Part shown: positions 25,014 to 38,312 of the stretch, in pieces
How the letters are laid out: each line of letters begins with the position of its first letter
Position numbering within the stretch: the first letter of the stretch is position 1
Assembly: GCA_965649825.1 (NCBI GenBank)
Contig: OZ287709.1
Location: 310,001 to 374,000, forward strand
Source: Penicillus capitatus
Taxonomy: Eukaryota; Plantae; Chlorophyta
DNA length: 64,000 nucleotides
Direction: 5' to 3'
The notes under the pieces: model-generated
What the model saw: the letters and a program-made list of their open reading frames with translations, nothing else
Databases searched by the model: none
Told to the model about the DNA's origin: nothing
Position numbers and translations under genes: made by a program

Positions 25014-25471
25014 AACTGTTTCATATACTGTCGTCGTCGTCGTCGTCGTCGCTATCGTCTTCATTTTTTGATACCTACCTATCTACATAGAGACGCCTCA
25101 TATCATGCATTCTTCTCGTTGTTGTCAATTGCTTGTGCATTTAATCTGTTGTTGTTTCCGATCATTATCATCCTTGATCCCTATCCTCATCTCCTGCTTT
25201 GGCACTAACCGACGTGTGGGTGCTTTAGTCGGGACGGTGTGGCGCGGAGATGTGACGGAGCCTTGGAAGAATAATAGAGGGTGAGATGCATGAGCGTCAA
25301 TGCAGATGGACAGACAGACAGACACACATACCTACAGACACTGTTTAATCTTGGCTCACTTTGATCGACGACATGAATCATAGCATCGATCATTACCATC
25401 GACGTCATGATCATGCAGAACGCACGAACGCACACGAACGCACGCACATACGTCTGTATTGCATTTCTGAT

Positions 25472-27787
25472 ATGGCTCCCCAAAGTCGAGACCTTATTCG
25501 GCAGCTCAGCGCATCGGCGACGAACGACGCTGATTCGAAACTCCGTGCCGTTCGCAATTTGAAAAACGAGATTATCGGCAGTCAGAACAAGAAACAATGT
25601 TATTTGGAACTCGGCGCCGTGCCGAAGATCGTTCAGTTACTCGCGTCACAACAGGAAAAGAAATTGACGGTTCAAGCGGCGGCGACACTCGGAAGCTTTG
25701 CATACGGAAACGACGCTGGTGTGACGGCGGTCGTCGAGAGGTCGATTACTTCATCGAATCTTCACACTCCCTATAACATTTCTCACTCTCTAGCGGCGGT
25801 ATCGCCCATTTACTGAAAACGTTATCCAACGATGACGAAAAAGTGGTGGAAGCGGGTGTCCGGTCACTGAAGATGATTTTTCAGGTTGTTGTTCCGGAGG
25901 CTATCAAAACGTGTGAGATATGTGTGACCTGTAGTCCGCATTGTCGCCGCGAGACGTGATTTTTGTCCATCCTGCATTTGATCGTCTCGTCGCATTGCTC
26001 TTCAATCCAAAGAAGTCCTTTGCCGAAGACGCAGCAATGATTTTTGCAAAGTGCTGTCGAACAAAACAGCATGTAAGCAAACAGCATCTCACTCTTTCTC
26101 ACTCTCAGCTGCTGTGCTAGCAAGAGAAATTGATGATCTCAGGAGCACTAACCGGAATGGCTCGCCTCCTTGTCGCGCAATCACCCAATCGCCAAGCAAG
26201 ACATCACACTCTCACACTTTTTTGAGCGCCATCTCATTGGAGTGTTGTAGGCAGCAGCCTTGGAGGCCCTTGTGTCAATGTCACATCAAAATGCTGATGT
26301 GTGTGGAGCCCTTTTGAACATAGCAGGCGTTAAGAATGCACTCCTGAGCTTTACCAGAGATCCCAATTCGCGATTGCGTCTCATGGCCTGTTCCGTCCTG
26401 ACCAACATCAACAGGATGCTCTCGACCGACACGGACTGTCTCCTGACCTTCCGAGAACAGAAGCAGATACTGCAAGTTCTCGTCAAGCTTCTGCATGACT
26501 CAATCATCCAAGAAGGCGTGCCAGATATCCTGGCAACACTGACAGAAGACAGGTATTCATGACAACGCTCCAAAACGTGGGCGATATGTCGCACTGCTTT
26601 TCTGCAGAAAAGATCTCCAACAGGCAGCTTTTGAAGTGGATGCTGCTAAAAAGCTCTGTGGATTTTTGACCGATACAACGAAAGAGACCTCCGGGACGTT
26701 CAAAGTCGGCGTCTTGAGAGCACTGGCTACTATTTCGCGGCATCTCCCTGACTGTCGGCAACAGGTCAGCCATACACACCATCTCAAAGAGCACATACTC
26801 ACGTCTCGCATAGATTGTCAACTGTCAAGCCGTCCATGCCATCATCTCCTGTTTGAATGCCCCTCTGAGCGATGTTCGTGCCGCAGCTGCCTTCTGCATT
26901 CAGAAGATGACTGCCACGGTCCAAGACCTGCAGTATGATTGGGTTGTCGCATCCATCCACCCTCTCATCACACTCTTGGAGGACGATATGGTCGCTGTCA
27001 AGGTTGGCCCTTCCTTTTGCGTACTTCCTAAAACGGCCAGCTGTTGTGCCGTGCTTAGACCGAAGCGTGTGCCGCTCTCTGCAATCTTTTGTTCGAAATC
27101 AACCAGGCCAAGATGGCATGCGTTGAAAATTGCTTGCACTTGTTCGTGGATTTCACTCAAAGCGAGGAGCCACAGTTGGTCTCCCATGCCGCCTGGGCAT
27201 TCAAGAATCTCACACACGATCTTCCGGGAGATCACCGTTGTCGAGTTCTCAAAGAATTTCATTGGTCGATCGTCAAGAATCTTATGTATCATGACGATGC
27301 AGCCGTACAGACATCCGTTCTCTGCTTTATCCAAAACGTCTGCTCCTCCGATCCCGAAAGCATTCAGAGTGTCTTCGATTGGAGTCAAAAAGAATTGCTC
27401 CCTGTCGTCTCATCCAAGCTCGCCCAGAGTGAGACCACTCCAGCCGAAATCGTCACAGCTGCTCTGAGAGTGGTCAGCAATGTCGCGACCGGATCCCAGG
27501 AGCATCAGACGGCAGTGATGGATTCCGATATTCCTAGACTGTTGTTGACATGTCTGAGAGATCAGAGATCGGAGAGTATACGTGGCTTTGCTGCATGGTG
27601 TGTGATCAATTTGATCTGGCGTGATGAATTGCCATGCGCGAACAATGGAGGAGGAGAGGGGGCACGTCAGCGCGCGGCAGCGCTGAGGGAGATTGGTATC
27701 GAGGCACAAATGCGTCAGATGCAGGGCGATGCTTCATTAGATGTTCGCGAACGTGTGCAAACCGCAATTGGGTTCTTTTCCGTTTAA
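25472..27787 (+). CDS. ARMC8: Armadillo-repeat protein ARMC8/GID5-like, copy 2
   Basis: LKNEIIGSQNKKQCYLELGAVPKIVQLL, AAATLGSFAYG, AWAFKNL, AWCVINLIW and DASLDVRERVQTA. Confidence 0.88.
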
Positions 27788-27819
27788 ATAGTCGCATTTG
27801 ATAACGACTTATTGCGGAG

Positions 27820-28392
27820 ATGATGACGCGTCGTGCATTGACGCTGCTATGGACGCAGCGGCGCTTAAGTTCAGTGGAAACGTCGTCTATCGTGGGTGCG
27901 TTCGTTCGCAACTTCGCGGCGGCTGCCACGTCGAAAGGATCTGTTAAGAAAGAAACGAAAAAGGCGAAGAAGGCGGAGAATACAAGCGAGAAAAAGCCTC
28001 GCCGACTGTCGTCGTACGCTCTTTTTTTGAAAGAATTCCACACGAAGCAACGCAACATGGGCATCCCGTTACCAGAGCTTTCACGACAGGCATCGAAACA
28101 ATGGACCGAGATGTCGAAGGATCGCCAACAGAAGTATGTTGACGAAGCGAATCGATTGAATGTGATCGTGGACGTTGAGAAACCGAAAGTGAAGGATGCG
28201 GCAACGAAACGCTCGGCGAATCCATACATAGTGTTCTTCAAATCCGTCTGGCCGACCGTCACTCGACAGCATCCTGAAAAGACAGCTGCCGAGCGCGTTC
28301 GGATTGTGGCTGAAATGTGGAGAAATCTGTCTCCGGAGGAGAAGGCACGTCGCAAAGAGGCCTGCCTTGCTGTTAATGCTGCTGCTACGTGA
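27820..28392 (+). CDS. Twin HMG-box protein with a predicted mitochondrial presequence (TFAM/Abf2-like), intronless
   Basis: Arg/Ser-rich N terminus without acidic residues ending RNFAAAA. Two HMG boxes: KPRRLSSYALFLKE...WTEMS and KRSANPYIVFFK...WRNLSPEEK. Confidence 0.85.
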   Translation: MMTRRALTLLWTQRRLSSVETSSIVGAFVRNFAAAATSKGSVKKETKKAKKAENTSEKKPRRLSSYALFLKEFHTKQRNMGIPLPELSRQASKQWTEMSKDRQQKYVDEANRLNVIVDVEKPKVKDAATKRSANPYIVFFKSVWPTVTRQHPEKTAAERVRIVAEMWRNLSPEEKARRKEACLAVNAAAT

Positions 28393-28689
28393 TGTGACGT
28401 TTGTGTGAGATGATGTGACTGTCGGCTGGCTGGTCGGTTATGTACTGCCGGATAGGATTCCCTGTAAAAATGCGGACGGACGTTCGAGACACGCACGACG
28501 TTCGCACGATCTATTCACTATGGAGTGGATACGCTCACAGAATTAAAACTTTTCACGATCCTAGGATTCCCTTCATGACTTCGGTCTTCTCTGCCTTCCC
28601 GCAGAAGGTTGTACGGATGGTTACTCTTTTTTTCTTTTTTCTTGTTCTTTCTTCTTATCGAAGATGATAAACACCAAGATCATCAACGG

Positions 28690-28720
28690 GGCACAACCAC
28701 AACGACAACAACGAACAACA
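28690..28720 (+). repeat. AAC-rich simple repeat
   Basis: acaaccacaacgacaacaacgaacaacaa. Confidence 0.6.
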
Positions 28721-29398
28721 ATTCTCAATCTCCTGCGTTAAACGGGTCACCAAACATCAAGATCAAAGACGACGGACGACGTTCCATACACAAAAAGTGT
28801 CTAAGTTGATCACTCCGTCGTCCGATAGGAGAAATCAAATCATTAATCTGAACTTGGAAATAATGACGACCGAAGATGGCGTCGGAGGTCAGTGTGTTTC
28901 TGTGATCTCAACTCCTTTATTCAAATCCGCTGTGTCGATTTGGAATGGGGGAGGACTCAAACAAAGGCTGAAGCGAGTGAGCAAGCAAACAAGGTATGAC
29001 AAAACGGTGTCTCATAAATCAATCAATTGATCAAGTGTGGTCTGACAACATCACCACCACTACCACCCAGTTAAACAGTTATGCAAAGGACAACGTGTTT
29101 CGTTGTGTGGTGTGGTCGCTTGGTACTGCTGCATCGAGTATAAAACCGACGACTTGAAAAGAACAAAGTGAGAATCTCAATCAATCAATCACAACACGTC
29201 TGTCTTCCTACAAGGACCTTCCTTAGAAACACCTCATGTAACTGGGTTTATATGGGCAGTTAGTTGTCTCAGTTGTTGTTTCTTATTCACGATGCGAGAA
29301 CGGCAGGAAAAGGCATCGACCAGTTCATGGAAGAATCACCGGCTATAAGATGCAAGCTTCACTTGAGAGAAACACTCCCACACTGGCTGGTTTGAACA

Positions 29399-29432
29399 CC
29401 GAACGAACGAACAAACAAACGAACAAACAAAC
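29399..29432 (+). repeat. Mixed (GAAC)n/(AAAC)n microsatellite
   Basis: cgaacgaacgaacaaacaaacgaacaaacaaacg. A similar tract lies in reverse orientation at ~58620-58652. Confidence 0.7.
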
Positions 29433-29499
29433 GTCTGTATACAGAACACCCAAGCATCCCCCAAAATAGCACTGTTGCATGCATTATTCTCTGCGGATA

Positions 29500-32400
29500 T
29501 CGAAAGGGAGCTAAGACGCATGAATGGTCTGACTACCATCATGGTTACTGCGTCCACTACCGCCACTCTCCAGTGTCACGGAGTTCATAAAGCTCACGAG
29601 TTTACGGACCAGTTGTGTCTCCCCTACTCTTTGCAGCGCTGTGATGATCGTGTTATAAGATACCATGTCTGGTTGGACGGCATTACTCGAGACCATATGC
29701 TGGAAGACGTCCCAAGCAGATTGAGCAATGGTTGGCTTTGATACCACGTCTGCATTGAGAGCGCCTTCACTCAGAGCCGCCAGAACTTGATTGAATGTTG
29801 CCAGAGTTGGTTGAACATTCGAGTCATTTGTAATGAGGTGTTTCAGAACGTCCAGGGCCTTCTGCCAGTCACCCATTTGGCCATAGGCACAAATCAAAGT
29901 ATTGTACGTCACGATCGATGGTTCCACACCGGCTGCAAACATATCCTCAAACACATAGACGACCTAAACAGCAGCATCTCACACAAGTGTCACATCATCA
30001 AAGTGTGAGATACCTTGTCAGGTTGGGAACGTTTTTGATAGCTGGACATGATGATGTTAAAGGTCACGGCGTTGGGTTTCACTCTGGAATTCGACGAGAG
30101 AAGTGAATTGAAGAACTGCAAGGCATCGTTCCATCTACCCTCTTTCTCAAGGGCGGACAAGAATGCATTGGCACATGTTATATTTAACTCCATTCCCGAC
30201 TGCTGAAGCCATTCCCATACTTCAATCACTTTGTCATACCTCTGGGCATCACTGGCGACAGTAATCAGGGTTCCAAAGGTTGCAATGGAGGGCTCCAATC
30301 CACGCATACGCATGTTATGGTACACCTGGATATCACACATATTAACGATGTTGTCAGGGATGGAAATGTGTGAGATGACTTTGAATGCCATGTCCAATTG
30401 CTGTCCATTTCCACAGGCCTTCATCACCGTGTTGTACGAGACGATATCAGGACAGACTTCGCCGCCGCATTCCCACATCAGCTCAATGAGTTTCAATGCC
30501 TTTAACCACTGAGGCGGGTGCGCGCGGGCGTACGCCGCAAGCAGTGCATTGCAGCACACACGGTTGGGTGCCGTCTTTCTGTTGCTGATGCTCCTCGTAC
30601 GGAACATGACAGTGGCGGATGGAGCCGGGGCAGAACTTGCACGCGTCATGGGACATGTATTGTACAGAAAAGGACCTCCTCGTTGATGGGTGGGCGCACC
30701 GTATTGACCAGAAGACTCTTGTCCTGGTAACGACAAGCCATCTGCATTGACAGACAAGGTGCGCACGGGATCCACCTGCAGACAGACACCCATAGCGATC
30801 GAAAAATCGACGAAGGAGGGGGAGGAGGACATACCTGTTGTGGAACGAACGTGGATTCAGGAATCTCCGTCAAAGCTCTTTGCATGGAAAAGGATCCTGC
30901 ACGTGTGGTGGGTGTTCCGAAAAGATGGTCATTGGATGCCATGGCCGAAAAGGGTGTTGCCAGATGATTCAAGCTGCTTGTCGCATTGCTCTGGCGACCT
31001 GGGCTCAGAGGAGGAGGATGTGAACCTAATGCCGCGAAGGGAGTCGGTCCAGCAGATGCCGGTAAATTCATTGGGGTTGCTGGTGATGACGTCGGGGGTT
31101 GAGAGCGTTGCTGTTGGTGCTGTGTATCGACGGCGCTCTGCTCTGCCGATCGGTCACCTGCTACTGGCGTCGGTGGCGAATCTGCACGTGGCGGCGCCGC
31201 CTTGTGTGACGTCGTTGTCCGTGTTGGTGTCGTTGCTGTCATCAATGATGTACTGTTCTTTTCGGTCTCTGCCTGTTTTTCCGCTTCGGCAATGGTATCA
31301 TCAATGGAGAGTGCAGCCAGGACATCTGCAACTTCCTTCTCCGCAGTTGGCTGCGGTTTATCCGTATTGGCAAACAATGCGCGACTCTCTTCGGTAGCCA
31401 CATGATCAATCTGTGCTTGAATGGCGCCACTCGATTGCATGCTGACAGCGCGGCGTTCCATGAAGGGCATCGGAGGACTTCTACTCCAAGATCTCGGAGG
31501 AGGCGTCATCGGTTGACTGCTCTGAGGACTACTAACATTCCTGACAGAACTTGCACGGCCAAAACCTGGTGGACCAGAACGATGGGACCCACTAAACACA
31601 GGCATGCTATGCATACGACTCATATCCAAACCACCGCGCCTAGAATGCCATTCCTTAACACCTATCCCTCCATCCTCAGCAAAAGGCAGCGATGACTCAC
31701 GGTGTGGCGCTCTGCTGAGCTAAGACCATCTTCTCTCTCGTCTGGGGATCCAATGCATCGTCCATGCTCATCAACAGAACTTGAAACTGAGGATGCTCGG
31801 CATACATCGAGATAAACACCTGCTCCGCAATCTGCCACATGCCACCTATACATAAACATTTCTCACACTTTCTCACTCTTCCCCCACTGAATAGACCTTT
31901 GTCCAATGCGGATATCAGACTGCAGCAGGTAACGGCATCCGGATGGACATTGGCATTCATCATGTGATTGAACACATCGATTGCCAAACTGCATTGTCTT
32001 CCCTTAGAGAGGGCACTGATGACGGAAGAGTAAGTAATGGTGTCTCGGCAGAGTCCATGATTATCCATGTTGTAGAAAATCTGTAGCGCCTTTTCCCACT
32101 GGCCTCCGCGATCACAGGCAGAAATGGCGGCGTTTGTGATCGTGGTATCCGGTGTCAGGCCCATTTCTGGCAGCGATTCAAAAACCTCCAAGCCCTTCTG
32201 CCAATGTCCTTCGCGACTCAATCGGCTCACCAGTTTGGTTAATCCTACAGATACCGCAGATGCATGCACAAACATACATCGACGATTCGGGGTACCTGGC
32301 AACCGGGGACGAAACTGCGATGACGTCAAGATGCGCCGGATTTCGCCACAACCTGGACGCGCGGCATTCAGCGCCGCCGTTAAACTAAAACGAACAAACA

Positions 32401-32515
32401 TAGAGAGTCCCTAAAGTTATCGCGTATCTTTGCGTTTTTACCTGCGCATGTCATAAACGCGCGAAAAACCCCGTCCCCTCGGCGGAGCAGGCATACCCGT
32501 CGCGTATGGGTCCAT
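29500..32515 (-). CDS. P-class PPR protein with two PPR tracts separated by a long Ser/Pro/Thr-rich disordered region (multi-exon)
   Basis: PDTTITNAAISAC, DTITYSSVISAL, PNRVCCNALLAAYAR, PDIVSYNTVMKAC and PSIVTYNTLICAY. Start and 3' end are approximate. Confidence 0.9.
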
Positions 32516-33267
32516 CTCCTGCGCGTCTCTGCGGCCACAGCAACACGTTCTCTTCACGTCTCTGTGCGCGGCGACCTGGGTCTCACCGTCGTCTTCGATA
32601 GCTCGGGTCTTGGTGTACGAGCGCGCCACGGTTTTGGTTGATGGTTGGAACGTAGTGCGACAAAAACAGCGTGTCAACCGCAAAGTTCCCTTTCGCATCA
32701 CCCATCATTAAAGGAGCAAACGCACGTCTCTCGTTGCTCTGCCGCGACGAACGTAGATGACCGACTGACTAGCAGAAGAGATTTAAGGAGAGGACCGTGA
32801 CAGGACTGTCTGAAAGAACGTTGAGGACAGCGGACGATTTCCGACGCGTAAGACGCGGCAGTCAAAGGCGGTTTAGTGACAACGAGGCACGGACACCAGG
32901 TTATAGACACCGCGGCCGATATCGTGATTCATATGCGTCCTCCACAAGTTCGCAGTTGAATTCCTGATAACTTCGTGCTGCCACGTGGATAAGGACGATC
33001 GCTTGATCGATAAGGCATCGCGTTCACAGTGGAAGTTATTACTCAAAGTGAGACCAAAGAGCATAGTTGATCCACTTGTCGATATCCAAACATATTCTCC
33101 ATTTTCTCTCATATTCCTCAGCATGCATATAAACACAGAACAAAGAAAAGAAAAGATCGACGGCGTCTTGGACGCTCAAGAGTTTCAGACAGGCAGACAG
33201 AAAGAAGGTGCAGAGATACGATGTGATATGATATGACTGGGTGTATGTTTGGGCAATGGTTTAGTGA

Positions 33268-34951
33268 TTAGGCTTCGGGTTTGGCCGTTTCCGTCATGTT
33301 CACTTCCATCTCTTCGGCCTTGAGTCGCTTATTACCACGTTGAGATTTGCTCTCCGCTGCAAACTTTACGGAAGCCGAGGCTAATCCCGCTGCGATCTCT
33401 TCAGGCGTATACTCGCCAAGATAGTAATCCTCTTCAGTGACGTCAGGTTTGGCAGAGCAGAACATTCCGCCCCACATGGGGAACCAGATCAAGGCGATGG
33501 TGATGGTGATGCCAATAATCATAAAGCCCATATAACGGATGCCTTCGTATGTTTCCAAGTTATCGGGCTTGAAGAAGATCGCTTGGGTGACAGCCGAGCC
33601 AGCATTGCCACCAGCTCCGACGAAGCCGGACACGATACCCAACGCTCTTTTGGACACGAAAGGCACCACACCATACGAGGCGCCCTCAGAGGCCTGAACG
33701 AGAAGACTGAAGCACATCATGGCAATGATGGTGCCGGCGAGAGTATCTTGCAGAAGACCCATGACAATGCACAGCACACCTGGTGGCCAGTCACACATTG
33801 GTCATTCTTTTGGTGTCCACAAGAACAGAGGTCGTGACCTTCAGCTGTTTGCAATAGGTAAAGTGCCCATAGACGTCCACGCATGCCCCAGATCTTTGCT
33901 GTTTGATCGGAGATTGCGCCGCCGATGGAACGCGCAACGATGTTCATCAGACCAAAGAGTGCACCCAACACGCCAGCTGTTGTCAGCGGAACATCGAACT
34001 GATCAAAAAAGTATTGCACAACGATGTTGTTCATCGTCAGTTCAACGCCGAAGCAGTAACCGTATGTCAGCGTCAGCACCCACATGCGATAGTTTTTCAC
34101 GCCGATCATAAAGACGCCGGATCCTTTTGCTTTCTGCATTTGACCCGACTTGTGCAGCTCTCCATAAGTACCGTCCGGCAGATCTTGGGTAAAAAACAGG
34201 ACGATCAGTCCGACCATGATGTGCATGCAGCCAGGGACGAAGAAGGCATAACGCCATGCGAAAAATGGTTCTTGCGTTCGTTTGATACCTAAACAGCACC
34301 AAGGCCTGTATACTGAGCTAACGTGTGATGTGACAGGTACCGGTGAAGACAAGGGGAAGGAGTAATTGGGTGACCCCACCTCCGAGATTCCCCCATCCAG
34401 CTCCCGTCGCGTTTGCTATCCCCACGATTTTCACATTGAACATCACGGAGCTCCAGAATTGACAGGCGACGAACGTCGCCAGAGAGAAGCCGATCAGAAA
34501 ACGACAGGCGATGAAACCACCAGCAGAGTTGACGAGACTCATTCCAAAAACAGCAGGTGCCGAGAGAAGCATCAAGACTGCATGGCCGAAACGTGGCCCG
34601 ACCAGGTCGCAGACGCTCCCCATGGCCACACGTGCAGCGATCGTCCCAGTCACTGCCGCGATACCAGCATCCGCCAAGTTGCCTTTGTCAAGGTCGACGG
34701 CATCACGTATGATAGGAATCAAAGCCGCAGGGCCAAACGTCGAAACGAACGACGTAAAGAAAGAAAACCACGACGCGTGAAAGGCGCGCATATGGACGCC
34801 GCGAAATATCCATGGCCTAAACAGCGTCGCCTTGTGCTCGCTGTCGACGGGCAACAGAAAGTTGCTCTCGGCATTGCCGGTGTCTTCCTTCGCTGCGATA
34901 ACATGAAACCGACGTCGGGCAACGTCTCGTAGCGAACAGTGTGTTACCCAT
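33268..34951 (-). CDS. NRT2: High-affinity nitrate transporter (NNP family)
   Basis: [17 protein letters not shown] signature, [21 protein letters not shown] and GAGGNAG. Exon 1 is just ATGG. Confidence 0.96.
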
Positions 34952-35196
34952 AGTCTGCGGAGAGGGATGCCAAGACGAGACCGATGTTGGTAACAGCGGA
35001 GTGGTAGAATGGATCTCAGGAGGTGCTTTATAGCCAGGACGCACCGAAAGAGCCGTCGACCTACAAGGGGTGCGTTTATCCGTCTGTTTAGCAATGTGCC
35101 TGCCTCAGAACGGAGATGTCTTTTCAGCGCTACTGCTTATGGGTCGATGCATGATGACCTTTCAAGAAGTGGACTCTGAATCGACTGCGTCGCGTC

Positions 35197-36828
35197 ATGG
35201 TTTTTGACGATGCACAACGCACAGCGACGACGAAGGAGCAGCAGGAACTTGAGAAGAAACTGATTCCAGCGTTACAGACGTTTATCGAGACGGATTCAGA
35301 AAAACGGTTGGAAGGACTCGAATTGAAGCGCGATGCACATGTGGTCTTCTTGCACCGTCACATCGGCAAGCAACTCCCTGAAGCGTTTTCGACCTTGGAT
35401 GCCAGTCAGACATGGGTGGTCTATTGGACATTGCATTCTTTGGCCCTGCTCAACGCACCATTACCGGACAACATTACCTCGCATGACATCGTGGAATTCT
35501 TGAAGTCCTGTCAGCATGAGACGGGAGGATTTGGAGGAGGGCCACAGCAGCTGCCTCATCTGGCGGCGACGTACGCCGCGGTGATGTCGCTCATCACGCT
35601 TGGCACACAAGAAGCGCTGGATGCCGTTGATCGACCGCGACTAGAAGTGAGCAACGATGCATGGCGGCGGACCGTGATGTGACAGCACACTGTCTAGGCA
35701 TTCTTGCTGAGCATGTGTGTGGCGCCAGAGAAGGGAGGCGGATTGACTGTGCATACAGACGGCGAAATCGACATCCGTGGTTGCTACACGGCCATGGCTT
35801 TGGCTCACGTGCTCAACCTTGACATGCACCACATTGCCGAAAGGTGTGGAATGGTTGAATTTATCAAGAAGTGTGTCACGTCCTCTGCTCTTGTGCTATG
35901 ATGACGCGATATGTCTCGTGACAGTTGTCAGTCGTTTGATGGTGGTTTGGGCGGAGAACCAGGAAACGAGGCACACGGTGGTTATACGTACTGTGGATTA
36001 GCCGCATTGGCTCTGCTGGATCGCGTCGATGTGCTCAACGTACCGGCGCTGGTACGATGGGTGGTACATATGCAAGGCTCGATGGAGGGTGGATTCAAGG
36101 GCCGTACACATAAACTCGTGGACGGCTGCTATTCCTTTTGGCAAGGGGCCACGTTCTCTTTGATCAAGGACTACTTTGCCGCGAATAGAGATCCGTGGCC
36201 ACAACTCGTTCGCCCTCTGTCAGACAACACTGAAGATTTGGACGATCTGCCGATGTACGATGCAGCGATCGTTCCGTACTCGCCGCATCTCGAAGCCATG
36301 AACCAAGGCGAGAAGAAGCTAAGGAAAAGGGCAGAAGAATTGGCGCTCAATTTGGAAGAGGCACTAAAGTTCCTCGTCCGAAGAACCGAGTGTGGCGATA
36401 TACCGTTCGAGCGACGTCTCCGTCTCGATCTCTTTCAGTCGACTTTCGAAGAATGCCAAGCAACGATGCATGCCATCGATGTCGCATTCTCCGTCGCTTT
36501 TCCGATCGGATCCGAAGAGCGACGTCAGTTGCCCGTCACACGTATGGAGAACAGTCACGAACACGAGCAGCTCTTTGACAATGTGGGGCTTCAGTTTTGG
36601 ATCCTGGTGCATTGCCAGATGGAGATGGGCGGACTGAGAGATAAACCAAACAAAGCGGCCGATCCCTATCACACCTGTTACTGCCTCAGTGGTCTATCTG
36701 TCGCCCAGCATTACGCTGGCAACGTGCTGGGGCCACAACAGAACACATTGATCGATACAGATCCCCTCTTGAATGTCATTACAGAAAAGGCCAGGGCTGC
36801 TGTGCGGTACTACAAATCCTTGGAATAG
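35197..36828 (+). CDS. ERA1: Protein farnesyltransferase beta subunit
   Basis: LDASQTWVVYW, GGFGGGPQQLPHLAATYAAV, GEIDIRGCY, EAHGGYTYCG, LVDGCYSFWQ and DPYHTCYCLSGLS. Has a plant-type internal insertion. Confidence 0.95.
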
Positions 36829-36915
36829 ATTGTGACAAGCGCGTCAAAGCAGACTGATGCCTCCGTTGCGAATCTCGCGCCCACGTCCTTCACGCCGACG
36901 TCGTTGGGCTGGCGA

Positions 36916-37650
36916 TTAGAGCTTGCCCGCACTCGATGTTGCACGAAATGGCTCAGATGATGCCGTGGATGAAGGCGATCTGCAAAAGCCTTTCATTCGG
37001 AGGTGGGAAGTGGGAAATGGCACCGTCGATTGGAATGCGCCTGTCGTCGCCAGTTCCAGCGAAGCGCTGTCAACTTCCCAAGTCTCTGTCCCTTTCTGCC
37101 ACCACTGCAGCATCGTCGAATACGACAAGCCACATTGGCACCAAACACCTTCGGCAGATGTGGCGGCCGCTCGTCCTCATCGCTCTCGGACACGATCTGA
37201 ACACGAGAGAGGCGTTCATGGTATGAAAGGGGCAAAGAGAGGAACCGCAGGGCTGTCGTCGTTCCCAGAATAGCTGCCGAGTATGATCGTTTCTTCCGTG
37301 CTTCCGCGGGACGCGGGTGACGGAGACGAAGAGCATGATGAGATGTCTCGCATAACGATCGTGCTGATGTTTCGCCTCATTGCTGCGGACACGTGGCAGA
37401 AGTCACTGCTGGCTGTTCTGACTCGCGTTATGTGTGCATACCTCGTTTGCACGTCTTCTTTCTGCCGACGCGTCGTCTGCGACGACAACAGGACCCGTCG
37501 CCACGGAATGGTTGGCGCTCTTCTGCCATCTCCTCTTCCACCGAGACATAACGTCGTCTGCAACGTCCACTTGTGCAAGGCGCTGTTGATGGAGCGATAG
37601 GTAGGTAAGTACTCTTGTCGAGATCGTCTCTTGAGCAACGCTATCAGTTT
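36916..37650 (-). CDS. Hypothetical low-complexity protein; 5' end unresolved
   Basis: Three phase-consistent GT-AG introns join Ser-rich and acidic exons ending WWQKGTETW...AGKL*. No domain recognised. Confidence 0.35.
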
Positions 37651-38312
37651 TCGTGTCAACGACGGACGCGATGAAGTCCCTTCTTGGCAAACGGGCGTTC
37701 GCATGCTGCCCGTGACCGTTTGCGAGGGATGGCGGTGGCAACAGGGGAAGTCAATAGTCGCAAACGCTGTCGTTGACGTGTTCCTCGGCATCGTTGACCT
37801 CTTGTGCAGTGACGCGGCGTTTTGTCGAAACGCTGGAGATATTCCTCACAAGTCGTCTGCCGCGAACGACCGACCTTCTCCTCATCGCATTCGTCGAATC
37901 GCGTCGATCCGGCAAGCCGGAGCAGAAGGGATCAATCGTTTACGGCTTTAACAAGAGAAGCCAACATTTTTATGCACTATGGGCGACACTGAGTAGGAAA
38001 AGTAGACCAGAAAGGCGCGATAAGCTCTTTCCAACTTTCATGTACGGAATCCATGTTCACTCCGAAGACAGTGACTCTGTTTAAGGAACATGCGTCAGGC
38101 GAATCGTAGAATTCAGCAGGCGATGTCCGGCTGCCAGAACAATCGCCAGCAGACGGAGACCTATCGCGACACAAACATGGATCCTCTTAAGCGTGTACCA
38201 GAGAGAGGGTTTCTTTCGCACGTGGCTAAGTGCCACGGATAGCTCGTTGACATGACGAGGACACGACTGAGAGACGTCGTATGCGATGGGCGTGCGATGT
38301 GATTACGCAGAC

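Noticed and set aside
20518-34951. Nitrate-assimilation cluster (CNX1G with NRT2)
   Set aside because: The two are about 12 kb apart with unrelated genes between, and there is no NR, NiR or NAR gene in the window. A stand-alone G domain is already known in Chlamydomonas.
36200-36560. Insertion in the farnesyltransferase beta subunit
   Set aside because: Plant FTase beta subunits carry a variable insertion in this region.
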